From an uncultured delta proteobacterium (GTDB lineage Bacteria > Desulfobacterota > Binatia > Binatales > Binataceae): a stretch of DNA of 64,000 bases. Shown piece after piece: positions 29,005-38,757 of this stretch. A model generated the notes under the pieces. The model did no database searches. It saw nothing but the letters and a program-made list of their open reading frames with translations, and was not told the origin of the DNA. Position 1 is the first letter of the stretch, and every line of letters starts with the position of its first letter. Location: assembly GCA_963842085.1 (NCBI GenBank), contig CAWJET010000001.1:1344001-1408000 (forward strand). Direction: 5' to 3'. Position numbers and translations under genes: made by a program.

Positions 29005-29400
29005 ATGCAGCTTCGCCCTATCAATCCCCAGACGTGGCTCGGTGCCTTTAATGTCAATCAGGCGATCGAGGTCACCGCCGGCCAGCGGGTGCTTTACGTT
29101 TCCGGTCAGACCTCGAACGACGCGAGCGGTGCCCCGATGCACCCGGGCGATCTGGTCGCCCAATCCAAGCTTGCCTGGAAAAATCTGGTCGAAGTACTCG
29201 CCGCTTCGAATATGAAACCCGAGAACATCGTGCGACTAAATTTCTACACTACAGACGTTGAAGGTTTCATGGCGAAAGCCGGCGAGATCGTGCCGATCTT
29301 TGCGAAGGCGGGCTGCAAACCGGTGAGCACGCTCCTCGGCGTCACGCGCCTATTCCAACCGAGCATCATGATCGAGATTGAGGCGACTGCGGTAGCCTAA
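29005..29400 (+). CDS. RidA/YjgF-family protein
   Basis: LYVSGQ, STLLGVTRL, IEIEATA; SD AGGAGG. Confidence 0.88.
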   Translation: MQLRPINPQTWLGAFNVNQAIEVTAGQRVLYVSGQTSNDASGAPMHPGDLVAQSKLAWKNLVEVLAASNMKPENIVRLNFYTTDVEGFMAKAGEIVPIFAKAGCKPVSTLLGVTRLFQPSIMIEIEATAVA

Positions 29401-29443
29401 CGCGTTAGGCGCTGCCGAACCCTCGGGCTGGACAGGCCAAAGT

Positions 29444-31948
29444 CTACTCCGCGATGCGGTCTTGCGACGCTACCCGCACGCGCGCAGGCTCGCGCGCCGC
29501 TGCGGCGACTTCGACAGTCGACGGCCAGCGTATCAGCACGCCGAGCGGTGCGAGATTCAGTTCAGTGGCGCATTCCTCGGTCGCGCGATGCGCGAGGCGT
29601 CCGGACTCCACCATCTCGGCGGCGATGCAAACCGCGCCCGCCATCGTGAGCGCGCCCAGGCCGAGCGCGATCTCGGGCAGTCCTGCGATCGCCACGGCTG
29701 CCGCGCTCACCACGCCCGCTGCCAGAGCCACCGTACTTATCCGAGTGAGCTTTATCCGCGCCAGAACGTGATTCGTGATCTTTCCCGCCTCGTGCTCTTC
29801 GTCGGCGGTCTTGAGCTCGATTCGCGTCCACGGATTCGGCCGCACTTCCAGGTCGTAGTCGTTCCAGCCCGCGTCAACGATCGCGCCATGGCCGGTGTGC
29901 GCGAACAGCTTCAGCATCTTGTCGATCAGGCGGTCGCGCGAGATGGTCTCGTTGTTCCAGTAGTCCAGCCGCACGGTACGCCGGAGCCAGTTGATCGTCG
30001 GGCGCTGGCGTACGCTTTCTGTGCCCGCGAGTCCCGTCAGGGCTTTCGCCCGCGTCTTGTAGCGCGTCATCGTTCGCACCATCGGTCCCGTGTAAGCGAG
30101 ATACGCGATCAGAAGTCGCGCGGTAACGCTTTCGTGAGATTTTTCGAGCGGCGCATGCCACGCATAGTACAGCGCCCAGATCGGTCCCAGCGCCAGCATC
30201 GCGGCCGCCGGAATCAGCAACACTCCGAGTATTATCGACGCGACCAGCGCGAATCCCGAGAGCACGGTCCACTCGAGCGTCTGCGGCAGAACTTTTGCCA
30301 GCGTCAGTGCCGGATCGAACAGCGTCTGCGCCCCAGCGGATGCATTCCACAACACGCGTTTGCGGTTGCCGCCGGGAATCGTCCGCGCGAGGCCGGGGAT
30401 CGTGCCGCGCCATGCGATCTGGCGCATCACGTTGAAGCGCTCTGGATATTTCGGATACAGCATCGCCTCGGCGCGCCCGTAACCGCGCTGCTGCCCGTAG
30501 TAAGCCTTCACCGTGTTGCGGCGGAAGTGCCACACGAACGCAGCCGGCGAGAACCCCAGCTTGTAGCCCGCAGCGAGCATGCGCCAGCAGATATCAACGT
30601 CGTCGCCCGCGGTCCTGAACTGCGCATCGAATCCGCCGATCTTTGTGAGCGCCGCCTTCGAGAAGACCATGTTGCAGCCCGCCAGATGCTCGGCGCGATC
30701 CTCGGCGACCAGCACGTGGCACGGCGCGCCCGGCGACGCGGCGCAGCTCGCTTCGATCCATCCCTCTTCGTGCGGCGCGTAGTTCGGCCCGCCGCATCCG
30801 TCGAAGTTGTTTTCGACCATCGAGCGGACCATCAGCGTCAGCCAATGCGGATCGACGACGCAATCCGAATCGGTGTATGCGATAAATTCGCCGCGCGCCG
30901 CTTGCATCCCGACATTGCGCGCGACGCTTAGACCCTTGTTGGGCTGGCGAATGAGGCGAAACTCGGGGAAATCCATCGAGATGTCGGCGGTGCTGTCGCG
31001 CGAGCCGTCATCGACGATAACGACCTCGAAATTCGGGTAGTCCAGGCGCCGCAGCGACTCCAGGCACGGCCTCATCGTGCGCTCGGCGTTGTACGCGCAA
31101 ATCACCACCGACACCATCGGCATCTTCGCCGGCCGCGGTGGGCAGGTGCCGTTGAGCGTCAGGAACGGCATCACGTCCGACGCGCGCATCATGCGCACGC
31201 CAAGCCAGTCGGGAGAAGCCGGAGCAGGAACCGGCGGAGCAACCACGCCAGCCGCACCCGTGCCAAACGCCACTGCTACCGCTTCGTCCTGCCCCGGCGA
31301 TGCATCCTTGAACTCAATGATCACCGGCCGCGCTTCCGCAACGTTGTGCAGGGCAACGACAAAATCGCGAATCTCGACCGGCGCGAGCGCCGGAATTTCC
31401 GCGTAGAGGAAGTCCTCCTCCAAAATCGAAAGTGCGCGAGTTTCCGGCCGCACCTTTATTCCAACGATCGCTTCCGGCGCGCGTCCCTTGATCGTCCTAA
31501 CCACCGCGCGCACACGCCGCCGCGCGTTTTCCAGTCCGCCCGCGCGCAGCACGTCCTGGCCAACCTCGCAATCGAGGATGAAACCGAGGAGAGCGGGATG
31601 CCTGCCGAAAATGTTTGCCGTATGCGCGATTCGCGAGACGACGGGTTTCCATCCGCGGCGGTTCGTCAGCTCGTCCGCCGTGATTCTCAACTCGACCATC
31701 GCGACCAATCCCGACTGCGCCGCGATATCGAGGCACGGCTGCGACTGCGCCTCAGTCAGCACCAGGCCGGTGGTGTGCGCCGCTCGGAGGTCGTCGAGCC
31801 GCTTTCTTAGTTTGAGCTTCTGTCCAAAGTCGAGCGTCGCGCTCACGTCAGCGAGCCGCATCGCCTTGAAAAAGAACTTCTGTCCTGCGCGGGAAAGGAA
31901 CTTACCGTGTGGGGTGACGCTTGGCGCACGGCCGGAATTGGTAAGCAT
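29444..31948 (-). CDS. Large GT2 glycosyltransferase with degenerate N-terminal glycoside-hydrolase-like domain and C-terminal TMs
   Basis: VSVVICAYN, VDDGS, YTDSDC, GDDVD, QQRGYG; start chosen downstream of the putative sigma54 promoter. Confidence 0.88.
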   Translation of the reverse strand: MLTNSGRAPSVTPHGKFLSRAGQKFFFKAMRLADVSATLDFGQKLKLRKRLDDLRAAHTTGLVLTEAQSQPCLDIAAQSGLVAMVELRITADELTNRRGWKPVVSRIAHTANIFGRHPALLGFILDCEVGQDVLRAGGLENARRRVRAVVRTIKGRAPEAIVGIKVRPETRALSILEEDFLYAEIPALAPVEIRDFVVALHNVAEARPVIIEFKDASPGQDEAVAVAFGTGAAGVVAPPVPAPASPDWLGVRMMRASDVMPFLTLNGTCPPRPAKMPMVSVVICAYNAERTMRPCLESLRRLDYPNFEVVIVDDGSRDSTADISMDFPEFRLIRQPNKGLSVARNVGMQAARGEFIAYTDSDCVVDPHWLTLMVRSMVENNFDGCGGPNYAPHEEGWIEASCAASPGAPCHVLVAEDRAEHLAGCNMVFSKAALTKIGGFDAQFRTAGDDVDICWRMLAAGYKLGFSPAAFVWHFRRNTVKAYYGQQRGYGRAEAMLYPKYPERFNVMRQIAWRGTIPGLARTIPGGNRKRVLWNASAGAQTLFDPALTLAKVLPQTLEWTVLSGFALVASIILGVLLIPAAAMLALGPIWALYYAWHAPLEKSHESVTARLLIAYLAYTGPMVRTMTRYKTRAKALTGLAGTESVRQRPTINWLRRTVRLDYWNNETISRDRLIDKMLKLFAHTGHGAIVDAGWNDYDLEVRPNPWTRIELKTADEEHEAGKITNHVLARIKLTRISTVALAAGVVSAAAVAIAGLPEIALGLGALTMAGAVCIAAEMVESGRLAHRATEECATELNLAPLGVLIRWPSTVEVAAAAREPARVRVASQDRIAE

Positions 31949-31980
31949 GGATGCGGGTGTCCTCTCGATGAGAACCCATC

Positions 31981-31996
31981 TGCCAAAGCCATGCCA
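31981..31996 (-). promoter_or_regulatory. Putative sigma54 (-24/-12) promoter
   Basis: Minus strand TGGCATGGCTTTGGCA, canonical GG-N10-GC spacing, about 30 bp above the GT2 ATG. Confidence 0.6.
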
Positions 31997-32184
31997 CCGG
32001 AAAAATCCAGCGATTATCTGACTTTTTCGGCGAACGCCCGACCGGCGCAAACCAATTGGTATGACGCCTGCCCGATTTGCGCCCCGCGAGATTGCGGTGG
32101 GAACGGTTCGCGCGGTGCAAAATCAGGCAGTATGCCGCCTAATACGCCTGCTAGATTGGTTATTTTGCGAATGTTATACGTGAA

Positions 32185-33978
32185 TTGAAATGTCAACGCG
32201 CTGAAATCCTGCCACCGGGTTGTATCGCAATGAAACTATCGCTCGCCTGTGGATGCTGCAGACCATCAAAGTCCAAACAACACCGTGAACCGAACGACGC
32301 CCGAATTGAAGCCACCCCCGAAGAATTACAAGCGATAAGAAACCAGCAAGCCGAGATCGAGCAATCGCTCTCGCGCCTGTGGGGTCCGACAATCTGGAGC
32401 CGCACGCCCGAGTGCATCCGGATTCGCGCCGAGGCCGCTGACCTGCTCGACCGCCACTTCGACGGCATCGTCGATCAGTGGGGCGAAGCGATAGCTGCGA
32501 TTAAGCACGGCCACTCTCCGCGTCCGGACCCTGGCACTGGGCGCGATACCAAAGAACGGAGAGACGACATGGTCAATTCTCTCATTCGCTTCATTGATCA
32601 TGTGCGCGACCCCGACGACATTTGCACCTACGTCTATCTGCGCCGGCATTGCCAGGAGGGGATGCTCGCGCGGCTGATGCCATCTCAGTTCAACGTCATC
32701 CACATCGCGCTCAAGCAAATCATTCTGAATCATGTCAAATCCACGATGACCGGCCCGGCGATGGAGCGGGTGCGCGATCTGATGGTCGCGGCAATCGACG
32801 AGCGGCGCCTGATGGTCTCGCAGTTTTACATCGAGTCGCGCGAACGGCTGCTGCGTGAATCCGAAGAAAAATATCGCAACACCATCGACCACGCGCCTGA
32901 TCCGATGTATGAGCTCGAGCCGCACACCTGGATTGTGACGGGGTTGAATGCGGCCGCACTGCGGCTCCATCAATTGGAAGCCGAGCACGGGTTTGACCAC
33001 GCCAAGATGGAGATTATCGGAAAGGCGGTGCCGGAGTTGGTGCCGCCGGAACTGAGACAGAGCGTGATCGACAGTCTGGAGACGGTTTTGCGGCATGGCT
33101 CGGCGCAGACCTCGGAATTCCCGATCGGACCGTTTTTCTTCGACGTGAATTCCGCGCTCATCACCTACGGCAAGAAGCAATTCATCCAGATGATCCTGCG
33201 CGACGTTACGCAGCGGCGCGAGATGCTGGACTCGCTGATCAAGGCCGAGCGATTGGCGGCGGCCGGCACCTTTGCGGCGGGCGTGGCGCACGAGGTGAAC
33301 AACCCGCTCGCGTCGATCTCATCGCTGGTTCAATCGATCCTGAGCGGCGAGAAGGATCCCGAGCGGCGCACCACGATGCACACCATCCTGTCCCAGATCA
33401 CGCGCATCTCGAGCACGCTCAAGGACCTGGTGAATTTCGCGCGGCCGACCACCGCGCAACGCAAGCCGGTCGACGTCAACGGGCTGATCGCCGAGACGCT
33501 GCGGCTTATCACCTACAACAAGCGCTTCAGCGGCATCCGGGTGGAACCGATTCTTGCGCCCGATCTCCGCCGCGCGTTCGCCGACGACAACGAAATCCAG
33601 CAGGTGCTGCTCAACCTGCTCTTCAACGCCGCCGACGCCTCGCCCGCCGAGGGCGCCGTGATCAAGGTGATCACCGAGAACCAGCGCGCCGGACGGGGCG
33701 AGGACAAATCGCGGCGGGTGGTCATCAAGGTGGTGGACAACGGCATCGGAATCCCGCGCGAGCATCTGGAACGCGTGTTCGATCCATTCTTTACGACGAA
33801 ACCCGCAGGCGCCGGCGTCGGACTCGGACTGTCGCTATGCCAGCGCATGATCCTGTCCAACCAGGGCACCATCCGCGTCGACAGCGAGGTCGGCCGCGGC
33901 ACGTCAGTAACGATCACGCTCGGGGCCTCTGAGGAAACCGCGCGCGCGCAGCAGGCCGCGGAGATGGCCGCATCCTGA
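32185..33978 (+). CDS. Soluble histidine kinase: globin-like/RsbRD_N-like domain, PAS, HisKA, HATPase
   Basis: AAGVAHEVNNPL, QVLLNLLFNA, DNGIGI, DPFFTTK, GVGLGL; start uncertain. Confidence 0.9.
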   Translation: MKCQRAEILPPGCIAMKLSLACGCCRPSKSKQHREPNDARIEATPEELQAIRNQQAEIEQSLSRLWGPTIWSRTPECIRIRAEAADLLDRHFDGIVDQWGEAIAAIKHGHSPRPDPGTGRDTKERRDDMVNSLIRFIDHVRDPDDICTYVYLRRHCQEGMLARLMPSQFNVIHIALKQIILNHVKSTMTGPAMERVRDLMVAAIDERRLMVSQFYIESRERLLRESEEKYRNTIDHAPDPMYELEPHTWIVTGLNAAALRLHQLEAEHGFDHAKMEIIGKAVPELVPPELRQSVIDSLETVLRHGSAQTSEFPIGPFFFDVNSALITYGKKQFIQMILRDVTQRREMLDSLIKAERLAAAGTFAAGVAHEVNNPLASISSLVQSILSGEKDPERRTTMHTILSQITRISSTLKDLVNFARPTTAQRKPVDVNGLIAETLRLITYNKRFSGIRVEPILAPDLRRAFADDNEIQQVLLNLLFNAADASPAEGAVIKVITENQRAGRGEDKSRRVVIKVVDNGIGIPREHLERVFDPFFTTKPAGAGVGLGLSLCQRMILSNQGTIRVDSEVGRGTSVTITLGASEETARAQQAAEMAAS

Positions 33979-33989
33979 AGATCGAATCG

Positions 33990-35414
33990 ATGAACAACGA
34001 CGCCTCATGGACCGCACAGGAACGTGGACCCTACCGGCTGCTGATCGTCGAAGATGAACCCTTGATGCGCTCGATCATCGTGCAGCTCGCGCGCAGCGAG
34101 GGCTACGAGGTCATGGAGGCGCCGGCCGCCGAAGTGGCGCTGCACGTCTTCGAAAAAGAAAAAATCGATCTCGCGATCCTCGACCTCAACCTGACCAGCG
34201 GCGGCAGCGGACTCGACTTGCTGCGCAAGATGCGGGAACTCGATCCCGAGGTGATGGGCATAATCGTCACCGCCTACGCCAGCGTCGAGTCGGCGGTCGA
34301 AGCGCTGCACCAGGGCGCCTACGATTACATCACCAAGCCGTTCGCCAACGATCACCTCAAAAAGGTGATGCGCAACGCGCTCGAGGGCAAGGCGCTGTTC
34401 AGGGAAAACCGTTTTCTGCGCCAGGAACTGCGCGAGAAGTACCGCTTCGAGAGCATCATCGGCAAAAGCGACGCAATCGAGAGCGTGTTCCGCGTAATGG
34501 AAAAAGTCGCGCGCACCGATTCGAGCGTGTTGATCAGCGGCGAGTCCGGCACCGGCAAGGAGTTGGTCGCGCGCGCGATTCATTTCAGTTCCGATCGCGC
34601 CAACAACCGCTTCCTGCCGATCAACTGCGGCGCGCTGCCCGAGAACCTGCTCGAGAGCGAACTGTTCGGCTACAAGCGGGGCGCGTTCACGGGCGCCGGA
34701 CAGGACAAGGTGGGCCTGCTCAAGGCCGCCGATAAGGGCACTATCCTGCTCGACGAGATCGGCGAGTTGCCGCTCGCGCTGCAAGTAAAATTGTTGCGCG
34801 CGCTGCAAGAGCGCGAGGCCTATCCGCTCGGCGCCAACGATCCGGTGGCATTCGACGTCCGCGTGCTGTGCGCCACCAATCGCAACCTCGAAGCCGAGGT
34901 CAAGGCCGGCCGCTTCCGCGAGGAACTGCTGTATCGAATCAATGTCATCAACATCAATCTGCCGGCCTTGCGCGAACGCCAGGACGACATTCCGCTGCTC
35001 GCCAACCATTTCCTGCGCAAGTACGAGAAGTCGCTGTCGCGCACCGCGATGCGCTTTTCAAAGGGCGCGATGCGCCTGATGCTCAACTACGCGTGGCCGG
35101 GGAATGTCCGCGAACTGGAGAACACCGTCGAGCGCGCCGCGATCCTCGCCGAGACCGACGTCATCCACTCGCACGACCTGCCGGACAAGCTGCGCAGCAC
35201 GTCACCTGTGATCGCGAGTATCGAGAACACGGGGCTGACGCTCGAGGAGCTCGAGCGCGAGCATATCAAGCGCGTGCTGGACAAGGTCGAAAACGACAAG
35301 GTCAAGGCGGCGCAGGTGCTCGGGATTCACCTGTCGACGCTCTATCGCAAGGTCCAGCGCTACCACCTGGACGACGGCGCGCCCGTGCATCAGGAGCCGG
35401 CGCACTCGGCGTGA
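33990..35414 (+). CDS. NtrC-family sigma54-dependent response regulator
   Basis: REC domain, GESGTGKE, ESELFG, GAFTGA, WPGNVREL, Fis-type HTH. Confidence 0.96.
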   Translation: MNNDASWTAQERGPYRLLIVEDEPLMRSIIVQLARSEGYEVMEAPAAEVALHVFEKEKIDLAILDLNLTSGGSGLDLLRKMRELDPEVMGIIVTAYASVESAVEALHQGAYDYITKPFANDHLKKVMRNALEGKALFRENRFLRQELREKYRFESIIGKSDAIESVFRVMEKVARTDSSVLISGESGTGKELVARAIHFSSDRANNRFLPINCGALPENLLESELFGYKRGAFTGAGQDKVGLLKAADKGTILLDEIGELPLALQVKLLRALQEREAYPLGANDPVAFDVRVLCATNRNLEAEVKAGRFREELLYRINVININLPALRERQDDIPLLANHFLRKYEKSLSRTAMRFSKGAMRLMLNYAWPGNVRELENTVERAAILAETDVIHSHDLPDKLRSTSPVIASIENTGLTLEELEREHIKRVLDKVENDKVKAAQVLGIHLSTLYRKVQRYHLDDGAPVHQEPAHSA

Positions 35415-35501
35415 GCGTCGGGAATAGACGTGGCAATCCGGTAGTCAAGGATATAGACTTTTCAGTGGGCTGACCGGACGGCAGGCGGCCCGGAGAAAAA
35501 T

Positions 35502-35717
35502 ATGGATCTGTTTGCGCCAACTCACCTGTTGATCATTCTGCTGATCATCCTGGTCATCTTCGGGCCCAGCAAGCTCGGCGATGTCGGCGGCGCGATGGGC
35601 AAGGCGATTCGCGATTTCAAACGCGCGATGAACGAGCCCGACGACGTGGCCAAGACGGTAGCCAAGCCGGACGAGGCGAAGGCCGCCGAGACCGCCAAGC
35701 CCGACAAAGCTTCCTGA
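35502..35717 (+). CDS. tatA: Twin-arginine translocase TatA/TatE subunit
   Basis: Single TM, IFGPSKL..GKAIRDFK. Confidence 0.92.
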   Translation: MDLFAPTHLLIILLIILVIFGPSKLGDVGGAMGKAIRDFKRAMNEPDDVAKTVAKPDEAKAAETAKPDKAS

Positions 35718-35768
35718 CCGGTTCGCACGATCCGTTAACTTCGACGACAATTCCGCATAGCTCCGGGA

Positions 35769-36437
35769 ATGCGGGCACTTCTCAACAGAATCGCGACTGC
35801 GCTCGGCTCCCTCGGTCCTCCAAGCAAGCTCCTGCTGTTATACGGCTCAGCTCTCGGTACAGTTTATTTCCTGCCAGCGGTGCGCGTAGTGCACGTATTC
35901 GCGCTGATTTCCGGCGTACTTGCACTGATCGCGGGCCTCCTGTGTGGACTGACGTTCTGGCATCGAGCACGCATTGAGATCGGACGCCACAAACTCAAGT
36001 ACCGCAATCTGCGCAGGATAACCGGACTGGCGGCAGCGGGCGGAACCTTACTCTTCGCGGCGAGCTATTTACCGGCGCGAGTAACGGTCATCTCGCACTC
36101 GGCGCCGCCGTTAAAAGAAGCTGGGTGGTGGATCATGTTTCCGCCGCTGGTGACCCGTTCCGGAGTGATTTACATGGAACCAAATGTCGGCGCACCGTTG
36201 ACTGAGTGGCGGCCCATGGATCTGGGGAAAGCCTCGACCTTCGACTCAGAGAGCGCCTGCCAAAATGCCCGCTCGGAGATGGAATCGAAAGCAGAGGGTT
36301 TGCTCGTCGGCGCACCGGCCGATCTCGCGAAGAGGCCTCTGGAGAAAACCGAAACGGCGGGCAAATGGGTTTTTGCACTGGAGGTCAGTCAGTCGCGATG
36401 TATCGCGACCGACGATCCCCAGTTAAGCAGTAAGTAG
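35769..36437 (+). CDS. Hypothetical membrane protein (about 3 TM plus soluble domain with a Cys pair)
   Basis: ORF fills the gap; hydrophobic N-terminal half; no family recognised. Confidence 0.55.
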   Translation: MRALLNRIATALGSLGPPSKLLLLYGSALGTVYFLPAVRVVHVFALISGVLALIAGLLCGLTFWHRARIEIGRHKLKYRNLRRITGLAAAGGTLLFAASYLPARVTVISHSAPPLKEAGWWIMFPPLVTRSGVIYMEPNVGAPLTEWRPMDLGKASTFDSESACQNARSEMESKAEGLLVGAPADLAKRPLEKTETAGKWVFALEVSQSRCIATDDPQLSSK

Positions 36438-36462
36438 GCTCGAAGATGAGCACAACGTGCCC

Positions 36463-37008
36463 ATGAAACGATACATCATCACCGCTACTCCGGGATGCGG
36501 AAAGACCTCGATCATTCGGTCGCTGGAACTCGCGGGTTACCTGGTTGTCGAAGAAGCTGCGACCGACATTATCGCTTTGCGACAGGCGCAAGGGATTGCT
36601 GAACCATGGACGCATGCTTCCTTTATCGACGACATTACGAATCTGCAAAAGCGGCGAGAGATGCGGGCGGCGGACCGATCGGCTCGAGTGCAATTCTATG
36701 ACCGGTCGCCGCTATGCACCTATGCGCTCAGCGTCTGGCTTCGCTATCCGATCTCAATAACTCTCGCCGATGAAGTTGACCGCATTAGAGAAGAGCAGAT
36801 TTATCAGAAGCAGGTGTTCTTCATCGAGAACCTGGGATTCTGCGAACCTACACAGGCGAGAAGGATCAGTTTCGAGGAGTCTTTAGCATTTGAAAAAGTT
36901 CACGAAAAGACCTACCGCTCCTTCGGCTACGAATGTGTAAGAGTCGCGCCTTTAGAAGTATCGGCCCGAGTCGAGCAAATTAAGCGCTATGTCTTAGCTG
37001 CCAGCTAG
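36463..37008 (+). CDS. AAA_28/NadR-like P-loop ATPase
   Basis: YIITATPGCGKTS, VEEAATD, FYDRSPL. Confidence 0.82.
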   Translation: MKRYIITATPGCGKTSIIRSLELAGYLVVEEAATDIIALRQAQGIAEPWTHASFIDDITNLQKRREMRAADRSARVQFYDRSPLCTYALSVWLRYPISITLADEVDRIREEQIYQKQVFFIENLGFCEPTQARRISFEESLAFEKVHEKTYRSFGYECVRVAPLEVSARVEQIKRYVLAAS

Positions 37009-37629
37009 CTACGCGGCCGGCGCGCTTGCTGCGGGAATCTGAAAGCCGGATCGCGCCAGGTAGCGGGCGGGAAACCTCTTGTTGAAGGCAAACCCGCAAA
37101 TCAACAATGCCATCGGCAGTGCAAGTCCGAGGGCCACCTGGCCGAAGACTCCGCCGATGATGACGCCGATCACCGCCATGCCGATGTTGACCGTCATTAG
37201 TCCGCACCAGACCAGAGTCATCACGAGGTTGAGCCGTAGGAAGACCGGATGCTCCCAGAACTCGGGCGGCGCGTTTTCGCGGGCGTAGGCTGCGGTGAAC
37301 GGACGGCCCACCACGACCGAGCTCCACGCGGCAACCGCGAAGCATGACCAGATGACGACCGCGCTGTAGGCGGGGATCATGGTCGAGCGCATGGCTATCG
37401 TCAGGACCGACGCGATTACGAAGAAGGTCAATGTCGTCCAATCCATCAGCCTGATCGGGCTTTCGCGGCGGATCGAGACCGCCAGATATGCAATGCAGAG
37501 GATCAACCCGCCGCCGGTCGCCACGCGCCAGTGACTGAAGCCGGAAGCGAAGCCGTAGAGGATCCAGGGCGCGAACGCGATCAGGCCGATTGCCACGCCC
37601 AAGAGTCTTTTCTGTTCGGCCACGCGCAC
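37009..37629 (-). CDS. Hypothetical integral membrane protein
   Basis: About 6 TM; RPFTAAYARE..W..P.F.R.N..T.VW motif. Confidence 0.75.
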   Translation of the reverse strand: MRVAEQKRLLGVAIGLIAFAPWILYGFASGFSHWRVATGGGLILCIAYLAVSIRRESPIRLMDWTTLTFFVIASVLTIAMRSTMIPAYSAVVIWSCFAVAAWSSVVVGRPFTAAYARENAPPEFWEHPVFLRLNLVMTLVWCGLMTVNIGMAVIGVIIGGVFGQVALGLALPMALLICGFAFNKRFPARYLARSGFQIPAASAPAA

Positions 37630-37708
37630 TCCTTTTGGTTGCAGTATGAGTACGCGAGAGGGCCAATAGCAACCGACTTTGGCTAACCGCGCTTGGGATG
37701 GATTTTCG

Positions 37709-37766
37709 CTAGGTACTCTTTTCCCCTCAGCTAGGTACTTTTCCCGAGCGATCTAGGTGATTTTCC
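37709..37766. repeat. Three phased direct repeats CTAGGT(a/g)..TTTTCC with 22-bp period
   Basis: Copies start at 37709, 37731 and 37753. Confidence 0.85.
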
Positions 37767-37799
37767 GATTCACCTTCCCGCTCCTTTGCTGCAACGTGG

Positions 37800-38708
37800 A
37801 TGGCAATTGGCACGCATAGCTCGCACCGAAAATTTACGGCGCAGCGAAGCCAGCCAAGGATCGGAAACAGGCGATTGTCGAATTTGGCAAATAATGGTCA
37901 CGCGCCCGCAGCCGCCGTCGAGTCGGCCGCCAGCGAGGGAATCCGCTCGAGCATACAGGCGGACCAATGGGAGCAGGGAGTGCACATGGAGGCGCTGGCC
38001 AATCTTGCGCACGAACTTCGCTCGCCGGTGCAGGTGATCCTCGGCTATCTCGACATCCTGCGCGACGAGTTGAGCGAAGGACTGTGCGGCCGCCACAAGC
38101 AGATACTCGAACGCCTTAATGCCAACGCGCATGACCTGGCGCAGACGGTTGAAAACGTGATGGACTTTTCGGTCGCAGACGCGATGGCGGAGGCGGCCGA
38201 CGAAGAGGAAATCCGCCCGCAGGATCTGATTGAAGACCTGGCTCCGGCGCTCGAAGCGGCCAACGGTTCCAAGGGGCTCGAAAACAGATTCGATCTCGAA
38301 GCCGCGCCTCCTGTTTTTCGCGCGCGGCGCCGGCCGATCAAAGCGATCCTGCTCAACCTGGCGGTCAACGCCATCAAGTTCACCGACCGAGGCTGCGTCA
38401 CCATCGCGATCCGCTGTGCCGCATCATGCAAACACGCACCCGCGGTTGAACTCGAAGTCCGTGACACGGGACCCGGTATCGAGGCCGCGATGGTCGGGCA
38501 GGCTTTCAAGCGCTGCGCACAGCTTTCGCACTCGAGTATCCGCAGTCACCGCGGAATGGGCCTGGGCCTGGCTGTCGTTCAACGCAACGTGGAAGCGCTC
38601 GGCGGGAAGATTATCGTCAAGAGCGCTCTCCAGCAGGGCTCCGCCTTCCGCGTCATAGTTCCGATCGCAGAGCCGATTGCCGACGCTCCTCGCCCGATCC
38701 ACGCCTGA
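37800..38708 (+). CDS. Histidine kinase without an evident sensor domain
   Basis: LAHELRSP, LLNLAVNAIKFT, DTGPGI, GMGLGL; real start may be ATG 37986. Confidence 0.85.
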   Translation: MAIGTHSSHRKFTAQRSQPRIGNRRLSNLANNGHAPAAAVESAASEGIRSSIQADQWEQGVHMEALANLAHELRSPVQVILGYLDILRDELSEGLCGRHKQILERLNANAHDLAQTVENVMDFSVADAMAEAADEEEIRPQDLIEDLAPALEAANGSKGLENRFDLEAAPPVFRARRRPIKAILLNLAVNAIKFTDRGCVTIAIRCAASCKHAPAVELEVRDTGPGIEAAMVGQAFKRCAQLSHSSIRSHRGMGLGLAVVQRNVEALGGKIIVKSALQQGSAFRVIVPIAEPIADAPRPIHA

Positions 38709-38757
38709 GCGATTCAGCCCAAATAATGCGGGCGCCGGCCGGAACCGAGATCCGTGC

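Noticed and set aside
35720-37010. Genomic island (slightly lower GC; hypothetical gene plus AAA_28)
   Set aside because: No integrase, tRNA or flanking direct repeats; at most small accessory genes
37709-37766. Possible mini-CRISPR array
   Set aside because: The 22-bp period is far too short, there are no real spacers and no cas genes
37801-37825. sigma54 promoter before the sensorless kinase (TGGCAA/TGGCAC)
   Set aside because: TGGCAC has the wrong spacing to GC, and the alternative register has a poor -12 element
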